Source: Actinomycetota bacterium (GTDB lineage: Bacteria; Actinomycetota; Acidimicrobiia; Acidimicrobiales; CAIXPF01). Taken from it: a DNA stretch of 64,000 nucleotides. Location of the stretch: assembly GCA_034211175.1 (NCBI GenBank), contig JAXHUH010000240.1, positions 2,393 to 66,392 of the forward strand. The letters run 5' to 3'. The notes beneath the pieces were generated by a model. That model saw nothing but the letters and a program-made list of their open reading frames with translations. It did not search any database and was not told the DNA's origin. The translations under genes were made by a program, and so were the position numbers. Shown one piece after another: positions 1 to 8,032 of the stretch (the first letter of the stretch is position 1; each line of letters starts with the position of its first letter).

Positions 1-230
1 ACCACCCGTTGAAGATCCTCCTCCGGACGTCTGACGAGAACGGAGCAACAAGGACACTCTCGACCTCGTCCGCTGTTGCATCGTGCACACCAGGGGGGAG
101 AAGCCCGGAGGACTCGAACGACGGGACGACGGGATCGGCATCGCCGGCGGACCGTACCTGCTCCAGCCGTCCAGTTCGCCGTGAGCGTTGAGGATGCGCA
201 CGTTCTCGAACGTAAAGCGAGCGGCTCTCG

Positions 231-2028
231 AAAGCTAGCTGGTGCGTGTCCGACACCGCTGACGCGAGGATCAGTTGCTCGGTGCGGCAGGTCGCAGGGA
301 AACCGCCCCGCATGGGCAGCGAAGGTGTCGCGTGCCGTCACCCCCTTACCTTCCTGGTGGGCCTTGAGCGATGCTTTGGGTCTGGGAAGTCCGGTGGTGC
401 CGGTATGGCTCACTGCCCCCTGTCGAGTTCATGGCCTGGGGGGTGTTGCCGCCGGTGCTGTCGGGTGCGTCGACCTCTGATGGGGACAGGCGATCGATCG
501 CTGGTTCGTAAGGTGGATGTCGGCGTGCGTGCCCTGCCCGTGACTTCCCGCTGCTGGAAGCACCGTTGGGGAGGTAACGCTGGTGGCGACACCGGACGAC
601 GTGAACGTGTGGGTCGGTCTCGATGTCGGCAAGTCCGACCATCACGGCGACGTCATCGACGACGACGGCAACGCCTTGTTCGACCGGCGGGTCCACAACG
701 ACGAAGCCGACCTCGACGCGCTCTTCGACCGGGCCGGCGGCTACGGCACGGTCGGGTTGGTGATCGACCAGCCGGGCTCGATCGCCCAGCTGGCAATCGC
801 GGTTGCGGCTCGCCGTCAGATCCCCGTGGCGTATGTGCCCGGTCTGGTCATGCGCCGCGCTGCGGATCTCTACCCGGGTGAAGCGAAGACCGACCGGCGT
901 GACGCCGCTGTGTTGGCCGATGTCGGCCGCCGCTGGCGCAACCAGATCCACTGGCTCGACCTCGACACCGCCGATGAGCTGTTGGCCCAACTGCGGGTGC
1001 TCAACGGCTACGACGTCGACCTTGCCGCCGACGCCAACCGAGTGTCGAACCGGCTGCGGGACTCGCTGACCTCGATCTCCCCAGCGTTGGAGCGAGCACT
1101 CGGAGCCCAACTGCGCCACGCCGGGGTACGGGACCTGCTCTGCCGCTACCCGACCCCGACCGCTCTCGCGAAGGCCGGGCGGGCCCGGATCGTCAAGACC
1201 ATCAAACGGCGCTCGCCCCGCCTTGCCGACAAGACCGCCACGGCGGTCCTCGACGCGCTCGCCGCGCAGACCGTGACCCTGCCCGCCGAAGCCGCGGTCG
1301 GTCAGATCATCTCCGAGCTCGCCGCCGAGCTCGACCGCATCCACGAACGCCGCGACAGCCTCGAGTCTCAGATCGAGGCGGCGTTCACCGCGCACCCTTT
1401 CGGCCGGCTGCTGTTGACGATGCCCGGGATCGGACCGCGGACAGGAGCGAGGATCCTCGCCGAGATCGGTGACGGCTCCCGCTTCAGTTCGGGATCGAAG
1501 CTCGCCAGCTACGCCGGCATCGCCCCAGTGGTCCGACAGTCCGGCACCAGCCTCCGCGGCGAGACCAAGAGCCGCAAAGGCAACCACCGGCTCAAGAACG
1601 CCATGTTCATCGCCGCGTTCGCGTCGCTCTCCGCACCCGAATCCCGAGCCTTCTACGACCGCAAACGAGCCGAAGGCAAGAGACACAACGCCGCCGTCAT
1701 CTGCCTCGCCCGCCGCCGCTGCAACGTCATCTTCGCCATGCTCCGCAACCAACAGCCCTACCAGCCACCCCAACCCAACCCCCTCCCCAAAGCCGCCTGA
1801 AACCCTTGACAAAACGATGGGGACACCCCCCGCACTGGGTCGGCGTGGCGGATCGAGTGCGAGCATCCCAACAAGGCGGCACACTCGCCTCATGAGTGCG
1901 CACCGCCGGTATGTCGAATGGGTCTCGGCCGCCGCCGAACCCCGCCATGTGCACCGGTGTGTGCAGGGTGGGTGTGCAGGCACCCTGACCTGCGCAGATG
2001 CGAATCGTCTGGCCTCCGAGCTCCCGAC
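231..2028 (+). mobile_element. IS110-family insertion sequence. This is the maximal interval that contains it; the true ends are unresolved.
   Basis: Intact IS110-type transposase ORF at 583..1800, preceded by about 350 nt of non-coding DNA. Bounded on the left by unrelated partial ORF fragments (<=230) and on the right by the stop of a small minus-strand gene (2029). No terminal inverted repeats seen, as expected for IS110. Confidence 0.6.
583..1800 (+). CDS. IS110-family (DEDD) transposase
   Basis: 405-aa intact ORF. GTG start with GGGGAGG about 9 nt upstream. N-terminal VGLDVGKSDHH motif and C-terminal MPGIGPRTGARILAEIGD..RF..SYAGIAPV..SG..KG motif are typical of IS110/IS116/IS902 transposases. 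Confidence 0.92.
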   Translation: MATPDDVNVWVGLDVGKSDHHGDVIDDDGNALFDRRVHNDEADLDALFDRAGGYGTVGLVIDQPGSIAQLAIAVAARRQIPVAYVPGLVMRRAADLYPGEAKTDRRDAAVLADVGRRWRNQIHWLDLDTADELLAQLRVLNGYDVDLAADANRVSNRLRDSLTSISPALERALGAQLRHAGVRDLLCRYPTPTALAKAGRARIVKTIKRRSPRLADKTATAVLDALAAQTVTLPAEAAVGQIISELAAELDRIHERRDSLESQIEAAFTAHPFGRLLLTMPGIGPRTGARILAEIGDGSRFSSGSKLASYAGIAPVVRQSGTSLRGETKSRKGNHRLKNAMFIAAFASLSAPESRAFYDRKRAEGKRHNAAVICLARRRCNVIFAMLRNQQPYQPPQPNPLPKAA

Positions 2029-2272
2029 TCACCGTTGCCCCCGCCACCAACGAAACCGCAGGTGAGGGCCGGTGCGAGAGCACCGGCCCTCTTTCGCGAG
2101 CGTGTCCGCGGCGGTGTCCGACGAGCGCTCGTTGCTTGGGCCGCAGCGTGTCGAGATCTCGGCGAAGTTCTTGGTGGGCTCGTTGCAGGTCGGCGTCTCC
2201 GCCGGATCCCCAGTAGCCGACACCGGCGAGCACGACCGCGACGACCGAGATGATGAGCGTGAACACGGTCAT
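2029..2272 (-). pseudogene. Small membrane-anchored Cys-containing protein; frame broken at the C4 run 2208-2211
   Basis: ATG at 2272 with GAGGAGG 7 nt upstream. High-GC3 TM segment MTVFTLIISVVAVVLAGVGYW. High GC3 then continues in another frame (GDPAETPTCNEPTKNFAEISTRCGPSNE...) down to the stop at 2029. Confidence 0.35.
2064..2094. terminator. Perfect 12-bp GC-rich hairpin (GAGGGCCGGTGC-GAGA-GCACCGGCCCTC) followed by TTT
   Basis: Read directly from the sequence. It lies between the convergent transposase gene and the small minus-strand gene, and overlaps the 3' end of the latter. The U-tract is short. Confidence 0.4.
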
Positions 2273-2340
2273 GGTGTCGCCTCCTCGGATGATGGTGTGG
2301 CTCCTTGCTGTGCTGGGCAGTCGGGCAGGTTCCGGTGGGG

Positions 2341-2808
2341 TCAGGTCACCGGGATGCGGCGTGGCCGGTCGGCTTCGGGCTTGGGTACCCGGATGGTGAG
2401 CACGCCGTCGTCGTAGCCGGCGCTCACCTCGGCGTCGGGGTCCGCCGCGGGCAGGGTGACCTCGTAGTAGAAGCGGCCGGTGACCCGGGTGCGGCGCCGC
2501 AAGATGCCGGTGCGTTCCTTCTCCTTGCGCTCACCGGACACGGTGAGCTGGCGGCCCGACAGGGTCACGTCGATGTCGTTGCGCTTCACGCCGGGCAGCT
2601 CGACTTCGACCAGGTAGGCGTCGTCGGTCTCCTCGACGTCGGCCAGCGGGGTGAACCCGAGTCCCTGACCGTCGAGCAGCGACGGGAACCGGTCCCAGCT
2701 GTCGAGGTACCGGCGAAGACGCTGGTTGAGGGCGTCGAGCTCTGCGAAGGGATCGAAGTGTGCCGGCTCGGGGCGGGACAGGCTGGTGGAACGTCGCTCG
2801 GGCAGCAT
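2341..2808 (-). CDS. Hsp20/alpha-crystallin family small heat-shock protein
   Basis: 155 aa. Alpha-crystallin domain motifs (DVEETDDAYLVEVELPGVKRNDIDVTL...LTVSGERK...GVLTIRVPK). GAGGAGG RBS. Confidence 0.93.
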   Translation of the reverse strand: MLPERRSTSLSRPEPAHFDPFAELDALNQRLRRYLDSWDRFPSLLDGQGLGFTPLADVEETDDAYLVEVELPGVKRNDIDVTLSGRQLTVSGERKEKERTGILRRRTRVTGRFYYEVTLPAADPDAEVSAGYDDGVLTIRVPKPEADRPRRIPVT

Positions 2809-2853
2809 CGCTTCGGCTACCTCCTCTGGTGGTGATGTCGGTGTGTCGGGCGG

Positions 2854-2964
2854 GGGTGCCGACGGCTCGGCTCGCCCTGCTCGGGCTGGTCGAGCCAGTG
2901 CCGCGCATCCCGCGACGGGGACGGTGGGCGGCCGATGAGTAGGGGCCCGTCACCGTCGGCACCC
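2854..2964 (-). other. Structured spacer between the tandem hsp20 genes, closed by a 12-bp perfect inverted repeat
   Basis: GGGTGCCGACGG (2854-2865) pairs with CCGTCGGCACCC (2953-2964). An inner GGCTCG/CGAGCC pair is also present. Lies in the 5' leader of the downstream hsp20. Confidence 0.35.
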
Positions 2965-2983
2965 GGGCTGGGTCAGCGCCGGG

Positions 2984-3397
2984 TCAGGAGCTGATGGCGG
3001 CTTGGCCCGAACCGACGCTGATCTTGCGGGGCTTGGCCTGATCGGCCACCGGGACGGTGAGGGTGAGCACCCCGTGGTCGTAGTCGGCTTCGATGTGGTC
3101 GACATCGAGGCCCTCGCCCAGGAACAGGGATCGGGTGAAGGTGCCCTGCGGGCGCTCCGAGGCGATCACCTGCACGTCCTCGGCAGGCTCCCAGGACCGC
3201 TCCGCGCGCACGGTGAGCTGGTTCTTCTCGACGGTGACGTCGATGGAGTCGGGGTCGACGCCGGGCAAGTCGAACCGGGCGATCAGCCGGTCGTCCTCCC
3301 GGTAGGCGTCCATACCCATCAGGGTGTTGCGCCGGCTCGCGAGGCCTCCGTCGAAGAACCGGTCGAGCTCACGGAACGGATCGGTACGCATCAGCAT
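2984..3397 (-). CDS. Hsp20/alpha-crystallin family small heat-shock protein (second copy)
   Basis: 137 aa. MDAYREDDRLIARFDLPGVDPDSIDVTVEKNQLTVRAER...GVLTLTVPV. GGGAGGTGA RBS. Confidence 0.93.
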   Translation of the reverse strand: MLMRTDPFRELDRFFDGGLASRRNTLMGMDAYREDDRLIARFDLPGVDPDSIDVTVEKNQLTVRAERSWEPAEDVQVIASERPQGTFTRSLFLGEGLDVDHIEADYDHGVLTLTVPVADQAKPRKISVGSGQAAISS

Positions 3398-3608
3398 CTG
3401 CGCTCACCTCCCTCAACAGATGGTTGGTCGTCTCGTGACGTCTTCTTCCGAGACCGACCCTGTGCCGATGCCATCACATGACTTGACAATCAGACGCTGA
3501 GGAATATTCCCGGAGGAGTGAAAGTTCTTCGGGTTCGGGACCGCCAGTCCTGTGTGGTCTCGACCGAGTCGTTCGAACGGGCCGCTCGAGGAAGGGAGGT
3601 GACCGCCC

Positions 3609-4541
3609 GTGGAGGTCGACCCGGCCTGGCTGGAGACGGACTACTACGAGACCTTGGGTGTCTCACCTGTCGCCGAGCCGGGTGAGATCACCCGCGCGTA
3701 TCGGCGACGGGCCCGCCACCTGCACCCCGACGCCAGCTCCGATCCTGCGGCCGCCGACCGGTTCGCCGAGCTGACCGCGGCCTACGAGGTGCTGAGCGAC
3801 CCGGACCGCCGCGTCGCCTACGACCAGACCCGTCGCCAGGTCGATCGCGGCGTGCGCCGCCGCCCGGGGGGTGGCTACACGATCCGAGTCGACCACGTCG
3901 AAGGCCGCGAGACCGACCCCGCAAGCGCGGGTTCCCGGACCCGCCGCGTGCGCGTGAGGGATCGGTCGGGGTCGTCCACGAGGCGGATCCCGCCGTCACG
4001 GCCAGGCGCAGCGGCACGAGCCGAGGTGAAGTTGCCGTTCGCAGACGCGGTGCGGGGCACCACCGCTGCTGTCTCCGTGCCGGGTCGCGGCACCGTCACG
4101 GTACCGGTCCCCCCCGGGGTGGAGGACGGCCAGACGCTCCGAGTCCCGGTCAGCCCCCACTCCGACCCCAACGGCGCCGGTGACGACCTCGTGGTCACCG
4201 TCCACGTCGAAGACGACCAGCACTTCTCGCGCCGGGGCGACGACCTCACCCTCACCGTGCCCATCACGGTCACCGAGGCCATCCGCGGCACCAAGGTGAC
4301 CGTGCCCACCATCGAGAACCGGCCCGTCACCGTCCGCATCCCACCGGGAACACCCTCCGGTCGCACACTGCGGATCCCCGGGCGGGGTGTCCCCACCGCC
4401 ACGCGACGGGGCGACCTGTTGATCACCGTGCAGATCCACGTCCCCACCGACCTCGACGAGGGACACAACCAGCTCATCGATGAGCTCGCCCGATGGGAGG
4501 ACCCGACCGGGCTGCGCGCTCACCTGGAGGTGAACCCATGA
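3609..4541 (+). CDS. J-domain co-chaperone, class II (CbpA/DnaJ-like, no Cys-rich zinc-finger domain)
   Basis: 310 aa. J domain DYYETLGV...AYRRRARHLHPD. DnaJ C-terminal beta-domains present, but no CxxCxGxG repeats. AGGGAGG RBS. Confidence 0.88.
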   Translation: MEVDPAWLETDYYETLGVSPVAEPGEITRAYRRRARHLHPDASSDPAAADRFAELTAAYEVLSDPDRRVAYDQTRRQVDRGVRRRPGGGYTIRVDHVEGRETDPASAGSRTRRVRVRDRSGSSTRRIPPSRPGAAARAEVKLPFADAVRGTTAAVSVPGRGTVTVPVPPGVEDGQTLRVPVSPHSDPNGAGDDLVVTVHVEDDQHFSRRGDDLTLTVPITVTEAIRGTKVTVPTIENRPVTVRIPPGTPSGRTLRIPGRGVPTATRRGDLLITVQIHVPTDLDEGHNQLIDELARWEDPTGLRAHLEVNP

Positions 4542-4891
4542 CCGAGCACCCCAACGGCCACGACGGCGGCGTGTACGTGATCTCAGCCGCCGCCGAGCTC
4601 ACCGGCGTCAAGCCCCAGACCCTGCGCTCCTATGAGCGCCACGGTCTGGTGCATCCCGCCCGCACCGGTGGGGGCGAACGTCGCTACAGCGACCAGGACC
4701 TCACCAGGATCGCCCGCATCGCCGAGCTGACCGACCAGGGCGTCAACCTCGCCGGCATCGCCCACATCCTCGAACTCGAAGACCGCATCCGAGGCCTGGA
4801 CCACCAACTCGAGCAAGCCACACGTGGCACGGACCGCTCGGCGGGTGACCCATCAACGGTGCCCGCAGCGCCGAGAGGAGGTGAACCATGA
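4538..4891 (+). CDS. hspR: MerR-family heat-shock regulator HspR/CbpM-like
   Basis: ATGA overlap with the J-protein stop. MerR HTH VYVISAAAELTGVKPQTLRSYERHGLVHPARTGGGERRYSDQDL. Sits directly after a dnaJ-type gene, as in dnaK-hspR / cbpA-cbpM operons. Confidence 0.88.
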   Translation: MTEHPNGHDGGVYVISAAAELTGVKPQTLRSYERHGLVHPARTGGGERRYSDQDLTRIARIAELTDQGVNLAGIAHILELEDRIRGLDHQLEQATRGTDRSAGDPSTVPAAPRGGEP

Positions 4892-5219
4892 GCATCCGAG
4901 TCTACGTGAGGACCCACGGGCCCGACACCGTCGTCGCCCTCGACGGCGCCGTCGACTGGACTTGGTCGTCCATCTCGGTGACAGCATCGCAACCGTCGCA
5001 GAGACCACCACCGGCCGGTTGCTGCTCGACATCGACGACCTCACCCTCCTCGACGACGGGGGCTTCGGCGACCTCGTCGACCAGCTCGTGGCCATCGCCG
5101 ACGGACGCAGCGGCATCATCGCCCGGCGCATCCGCACCCGCCAAGTCCTCCACCGCTGGGGCGTCGGCCACCGGATACCGGTGTACGACTCCTTGCCCGA
5201 GCCTGGAGGAACGCCGTGA
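4888..5219 (+). pseudogene. STAS-domain (anti-sigma-factor-antagonist-like) protein; one-base frame break near 4956
   Basis: ATGA overlap with the hspR stop. Frame 1 gives MSIRVYVRTHGPDTVVALDGAVD. Frame 0 continues LDLVVHLGDSIATVAETTTGRLLLDIDDLTLLDDGGFGDLVDQLVAIA... to TGA at 5219. Joined, this reads as a typical roughly 110-aa STAS fold. Both parts have high GC3. Confidence 0.5.
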
Positions 5220-5773
5220 GCACCCATGCCCGTCGCCTCCCGCTCGCCATCGAGATCGCCCGTGAAGGCCGCGAAGGCCGCAAGGTGGGCACGATCCTCA
5301 CCATCGGTGACGAGAACGCCGTCCTCGCCCGCAGTCGATGCCTGATCCTCGACCCCCTCGCCGGACACGCTGCGGAAGCCAAGCAACTCAGCGACCCGGA
5401 TCTGCGCGAGACCGTCAAGGAGCTGGCCCAGCTCGACGGTGGCTTCATCGTCGCCGCCGACGGAACCGTGCTGTCCGCCACCCGGTACTTCGCCGCTGAC
5501 CTGGAAGACGCGGAACCGATGCTCGGCCTGGGCAGCCGCCACATCGCAGCCGCCTCGATCACCCGCCAGACCAACGCCCTGGCCGTCGTCGTGTCCGAGA
5601 GCTCGATCGTGCGACTCTTCGAACACGGTCGCCTCACCGCCGAGGTCCTCCCCGAGCTGTGGCTGCTGAGCCGCTTCAGCACCCACGTCCAAGGGCCTCG
5701 CCTGGCCACCCACCCCGCCGAGAACATCGCGGTGGTGTCACGCACGGAGGAGCCTGACGGCGCCGACAGCTGA
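5216..5773 (+). CDS. DisA_N / diadenylate-cyclase (DAC) domain protein, soluble, with non-canonical catalytic motifs
   Basis: GTGA overlap with the STAS stop. 185 aa aligning by eye to the CdaA/DisA DAC core: LDGGFIVAADG (DGA motif is DGG) and GLGSRHIAAASIT...AVVVSESS (RHR motif is RHI). Confidence 0.75.
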   Translation: MSTHARRLPLAIEIAREGREGRKVGTILTIGDENAVLARSRCLILDPLAGHAAEAKQLSDPDLRETVKELAQLDGGFIVAADGTVLSATRYFAADLEDAEPMLGLGSRHIAAASITRQTNALAVVVSESSIVRLFEHGRLTAEVLPELWLLSRFSTHVQGPRLATHPAENIAVVSRTEEPDGADS

Positions 5774-5950
5774 GCTGCTACCGGGCGCGCTCCTCAGGAT
5801 CGCCGCGGCGCTGCAACTCTCGCCACCGATGACCGGGAACTGCCACCCTGCGGTAGTCGCCAACGCAACAGCGCAGCCCACCGCACCTATGCCGGGCGAT
5901 CTTTGCCCGCGACGCATGTCCGGTACTCGACACCCGCATCGGCGTCCGCC

Positions 5951-6268
5951 GAGATCGCCTGCACGGTGGCAGCGTCCTGGCTTCGGCGCAACGAGCCGAA
6001 CCAGGCGCTCGCCATCTCGCTGCGCAAGGCGGGCTTCCTGCATGGGAGCGGATCCTCGAAGCACCGAGGACGCGGCTACCTGTCCCGGCTGGGACCCGGC
6101 ACGCTGCGCCGGGCACTGTGCGAAGCCGGCCAGTGCGCGGCCAAGGCGACCGGCCCCGACCGCGACTGCTACCGGTCGGTCGAGCAACGCCACGACGGCA
6201 AGCTCGCCGCGATCTGCGTGACCCGCAAGCCCGCCCGTCGCAGCCACCACATCGTCCGGGACATGGTC
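5951..6268 (+). pseudogene. C-terminal fragment of a second IS110-family transposase (remnant)
   Basis: The translation SGSSKHRGRGYLSRLGPGTLRRALCEAGQCAAK...GKLAAICVTRKPARRSHHIVRDM matches the Transposase_20 C-terminal pattern (SG..RG.ISK.G...LRRAL..AA...  A.ARKL). No N-terminal DEDD domain upstream. Confidence 0.5.
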
Positions 6269-6481
6269 CCGACAGGTGTACGCCATCCCCGACATCTGAC
6301 CGATCTCGAACCATCAGCTGTCGGCTCCGGTGGCGGCCGGGCGGAGCCATGCGCGATCAAGGCCTGGACGGGAACCCGTCACACAAGAAGCGCTCGGGTC
6401 GCGGCCTGGCCTCAGCCCCTCACCTCATCGGTGCATCCAGGCTCAGCGTGGCGGCGACGTGGGAAGGAGTTCGCACCGGCC

Positions 6482-7960
6482 ATGCCGAAACGTCACACCA
6501 TGGAAGGACCTCGGACGGAGAGCGGGAGCGCCACTGCTCGTAGGGCAAGGCGGGCGTCGGTGCGGAGGCTCTGCCTCGTCAGTGTTGCGGCCGTCGCAGT
6601 GGTGCTGATGGCGGCGGTGCCGGCGCACCAGGCGGCCGCGCAGGACTCGTCCTTCGGGGTCGGATCGGGCCGCGCGTCGGCAAAGTACCTCAAGGTTGGC
6701 CCGTCCCGGGGATCGCTGGCCCTCGCGCCAACAGTGGGTCTTGCTCTGTCCGATTTCCTGAACACCCGTGGTCGCGGGGACGTGCGGACCGTCGACTTCG
6801 CTGCCCTGGCGGACTCCCTGCCTCCCGAGCTCTTGGACGCAATGCCCGCGGTCAAGGTCGAGTCCACGGACGATGGTTCCGAGGACGGCCAGACCGCCAC
6901 CCTCGGCACACCCGCCGAGGTGCCGGTTGGATTGTCGGCTGCGACGCTGCGGGCATCTGCCGGCGCCGCGCCGTTCGGCCGGTCGAGCTTCGAGACGGCG
7001 CCGGTCGATCTCGAGGTGCTGGCCGTCAGCGGCGGCACGGCCGAGGCGTTCAGCGGAGTGGTCGACGGAAACATCAGGGAGGCCGTGGGTACCGTCGAGA
7101 TCGGCAAGATCGACATCGCTGGAGGAGCGCTCGTCCTCGAGGGTCTGCGCTGGAAGGCGGTGCACCGCACCGGTGCAGAGTCGGTCGAGCAGGGCACGTT
7201 CACCGTGGGCTCGGTTTCGGTGGCCGGACAGCGCTTCGCCGCCCCCGACGGCGCCGAGCAGCCATTGGCGGACGCCCTTGCCGCCGCCGAGCCGCTGCTC
7301 GCACCGCTGGGCCTCCAGATCACGCTCCCGAAGCCACGGATCGAGAGTGGGATCGTTGAGATGACACCTCTCCGCATCCGGGTGGCCGGCTCCGAGCTGG
7401 GGGCCGTGGTCGGACCGGTACTGGAGGGCGTGCAGCCGGTCCGGGACGCTCTGGTCGATGCGATCCGGAGTGGCACCGAGGACGTCGACGCCGCCATCCT
7501 GCTGGCCGACGTCGCCCTCGGGGTCCTGGCTGGTGGTTCCACCCTCGACATCGAGCTCGGCGGGGTGACGGCCCAGACGGCCGAACCCGCCGAAGCGTTC
7601 ACCTTCGGCGGCGGTTTCGATCTGCCCCCGCCGACAGCGCCCGGCTCGGGCGCTCTGGACATCGGGGCGGCGCCGACGAGCGCAACGTCGATCGACAGCA
7701 CTTCGACACTGCAGTCGTCGCCGACGTCGCTGACGTCGCCGACGCCGCCGACGTCGCCAGCGCCGATGGCTGAGGCAGGTACCGGTGGGGCCACCGACGA
7801 CACCGGCATCGGCGCCTCCACGGTTCCGGTTTCGTCGGCAGGCACCGCAGGCGGCGCCGGCCCGCTCCTCCTCATCGGCTTGGCCGCCGCCGCAGCCGCC
7901 GTGGCCGCCGGAGCCGTGGACTACCGGCGTCTCCTGCGACGCCCCATGCTCCCGGCCTGA
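6482..7960 (+). CDS. Secreted protein of unknown function with an S/T/P-rich stalk and a C-terminal TM anchor
   Basis: ATG with GGGAAGGAG upstream. Signal peptide ...VAAVAVVLMAAVPAHQAAAQD. C-terminus is SPTSLTSPTPPTSPAP...GPLLLIGLAAAAAAVAAGAVDYRRLLRRP. No LPXTG motif. Confidence 0.72.
   Translation: MPKRHTMEGPRTESGSATARRARRASVRRLCLVSVAAVAVVLMAAVPAHQAAAQDSSFGVGSGRASAKYLKVGPSRGSLALAPTVGLALSDFLNTRGRGDVRTVDFAALADSLPPELLDAMPAVKVESTDDGSEDGQTATLGTPAEVPVGLSAATLRASAGAAPFGRSSFETAPVDLEVLAVSGGTAEAFSGVVDGNIREAVGTVEIGKIDIAGGALVLEGLRWKAVHRTGAESVEQGTFTVGSVSVAGQRFAAPDGAEQPLADALAAAEPLLAPLGLQITLPKPRIESGIVEMTPLRIRVAGSELGAVVGPVLEGVQPVRDALVDAIRSGTEDVDAAILLADVALGVLAGGSTLDIELGGVTAQTAEPAEAFTFGGGFDLPPPTAPGSGALDIGAAPTSATSIDSTSTLQSSPTSLTSPTPPTSPAPMAEAGTGGATDDTGIGASTVPVSSAGTAGGAGPLLLIGLAAAAAAVAAGAVDYRRLLRRPMLPA
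7718..7762 (+). repeat. Five imperfect 9-bp tandem units (TCGCCGACG-like) encoding the (S/P)(P/L)(T/A) stalk
   Basis: Read directly: tcgccgacg tcgctgacg tcgccgacg ccgccgacg tcgccagcg, in frame with the CDS. Confidence 0.6.
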
Positions 7961-8032
7961 GCCGCACCCGCTGCCGTCCCGGCGGCGAACGCACACCACC
8001 ATCTTCCAACAGACGAGACAGGGGTCAACCTC

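Noticed and set aside
1-230. Minus-strand protein-like fragments at the left edge (..FTFENVRILNAHGELDGW.., VHDATADEVESVLVAPFSSDVRRRIFNGW..)
   Set aside because: They are short, split over two frames, run off the window, and have no recognisable family. That is not enough to call a gene.
346-1983. 545-aa ORF on the minus strand covering the whole IS110 transposase gene
   Set aside because: It is antisense to a well-supported transposase. The composition is Arg/Gly/Pro/Val-rich with low complexity and no motifs. This is a typical shadow ORF of a high-GC coding strand.
3398-3608. Search for HspR operator (HAIR, CTTGAGT-N7-ACTCAAG), CIRCE, or an ECF-type promoter in the hsp20/J-protein divergent region
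   Set aside because: No convincing HAIR or CIRCE was found. The only signals are TTGACA at 3483-3488, with a poor -10, and GGAAT-N18-GTT at 3501-3526. Both are too weak to report as features.
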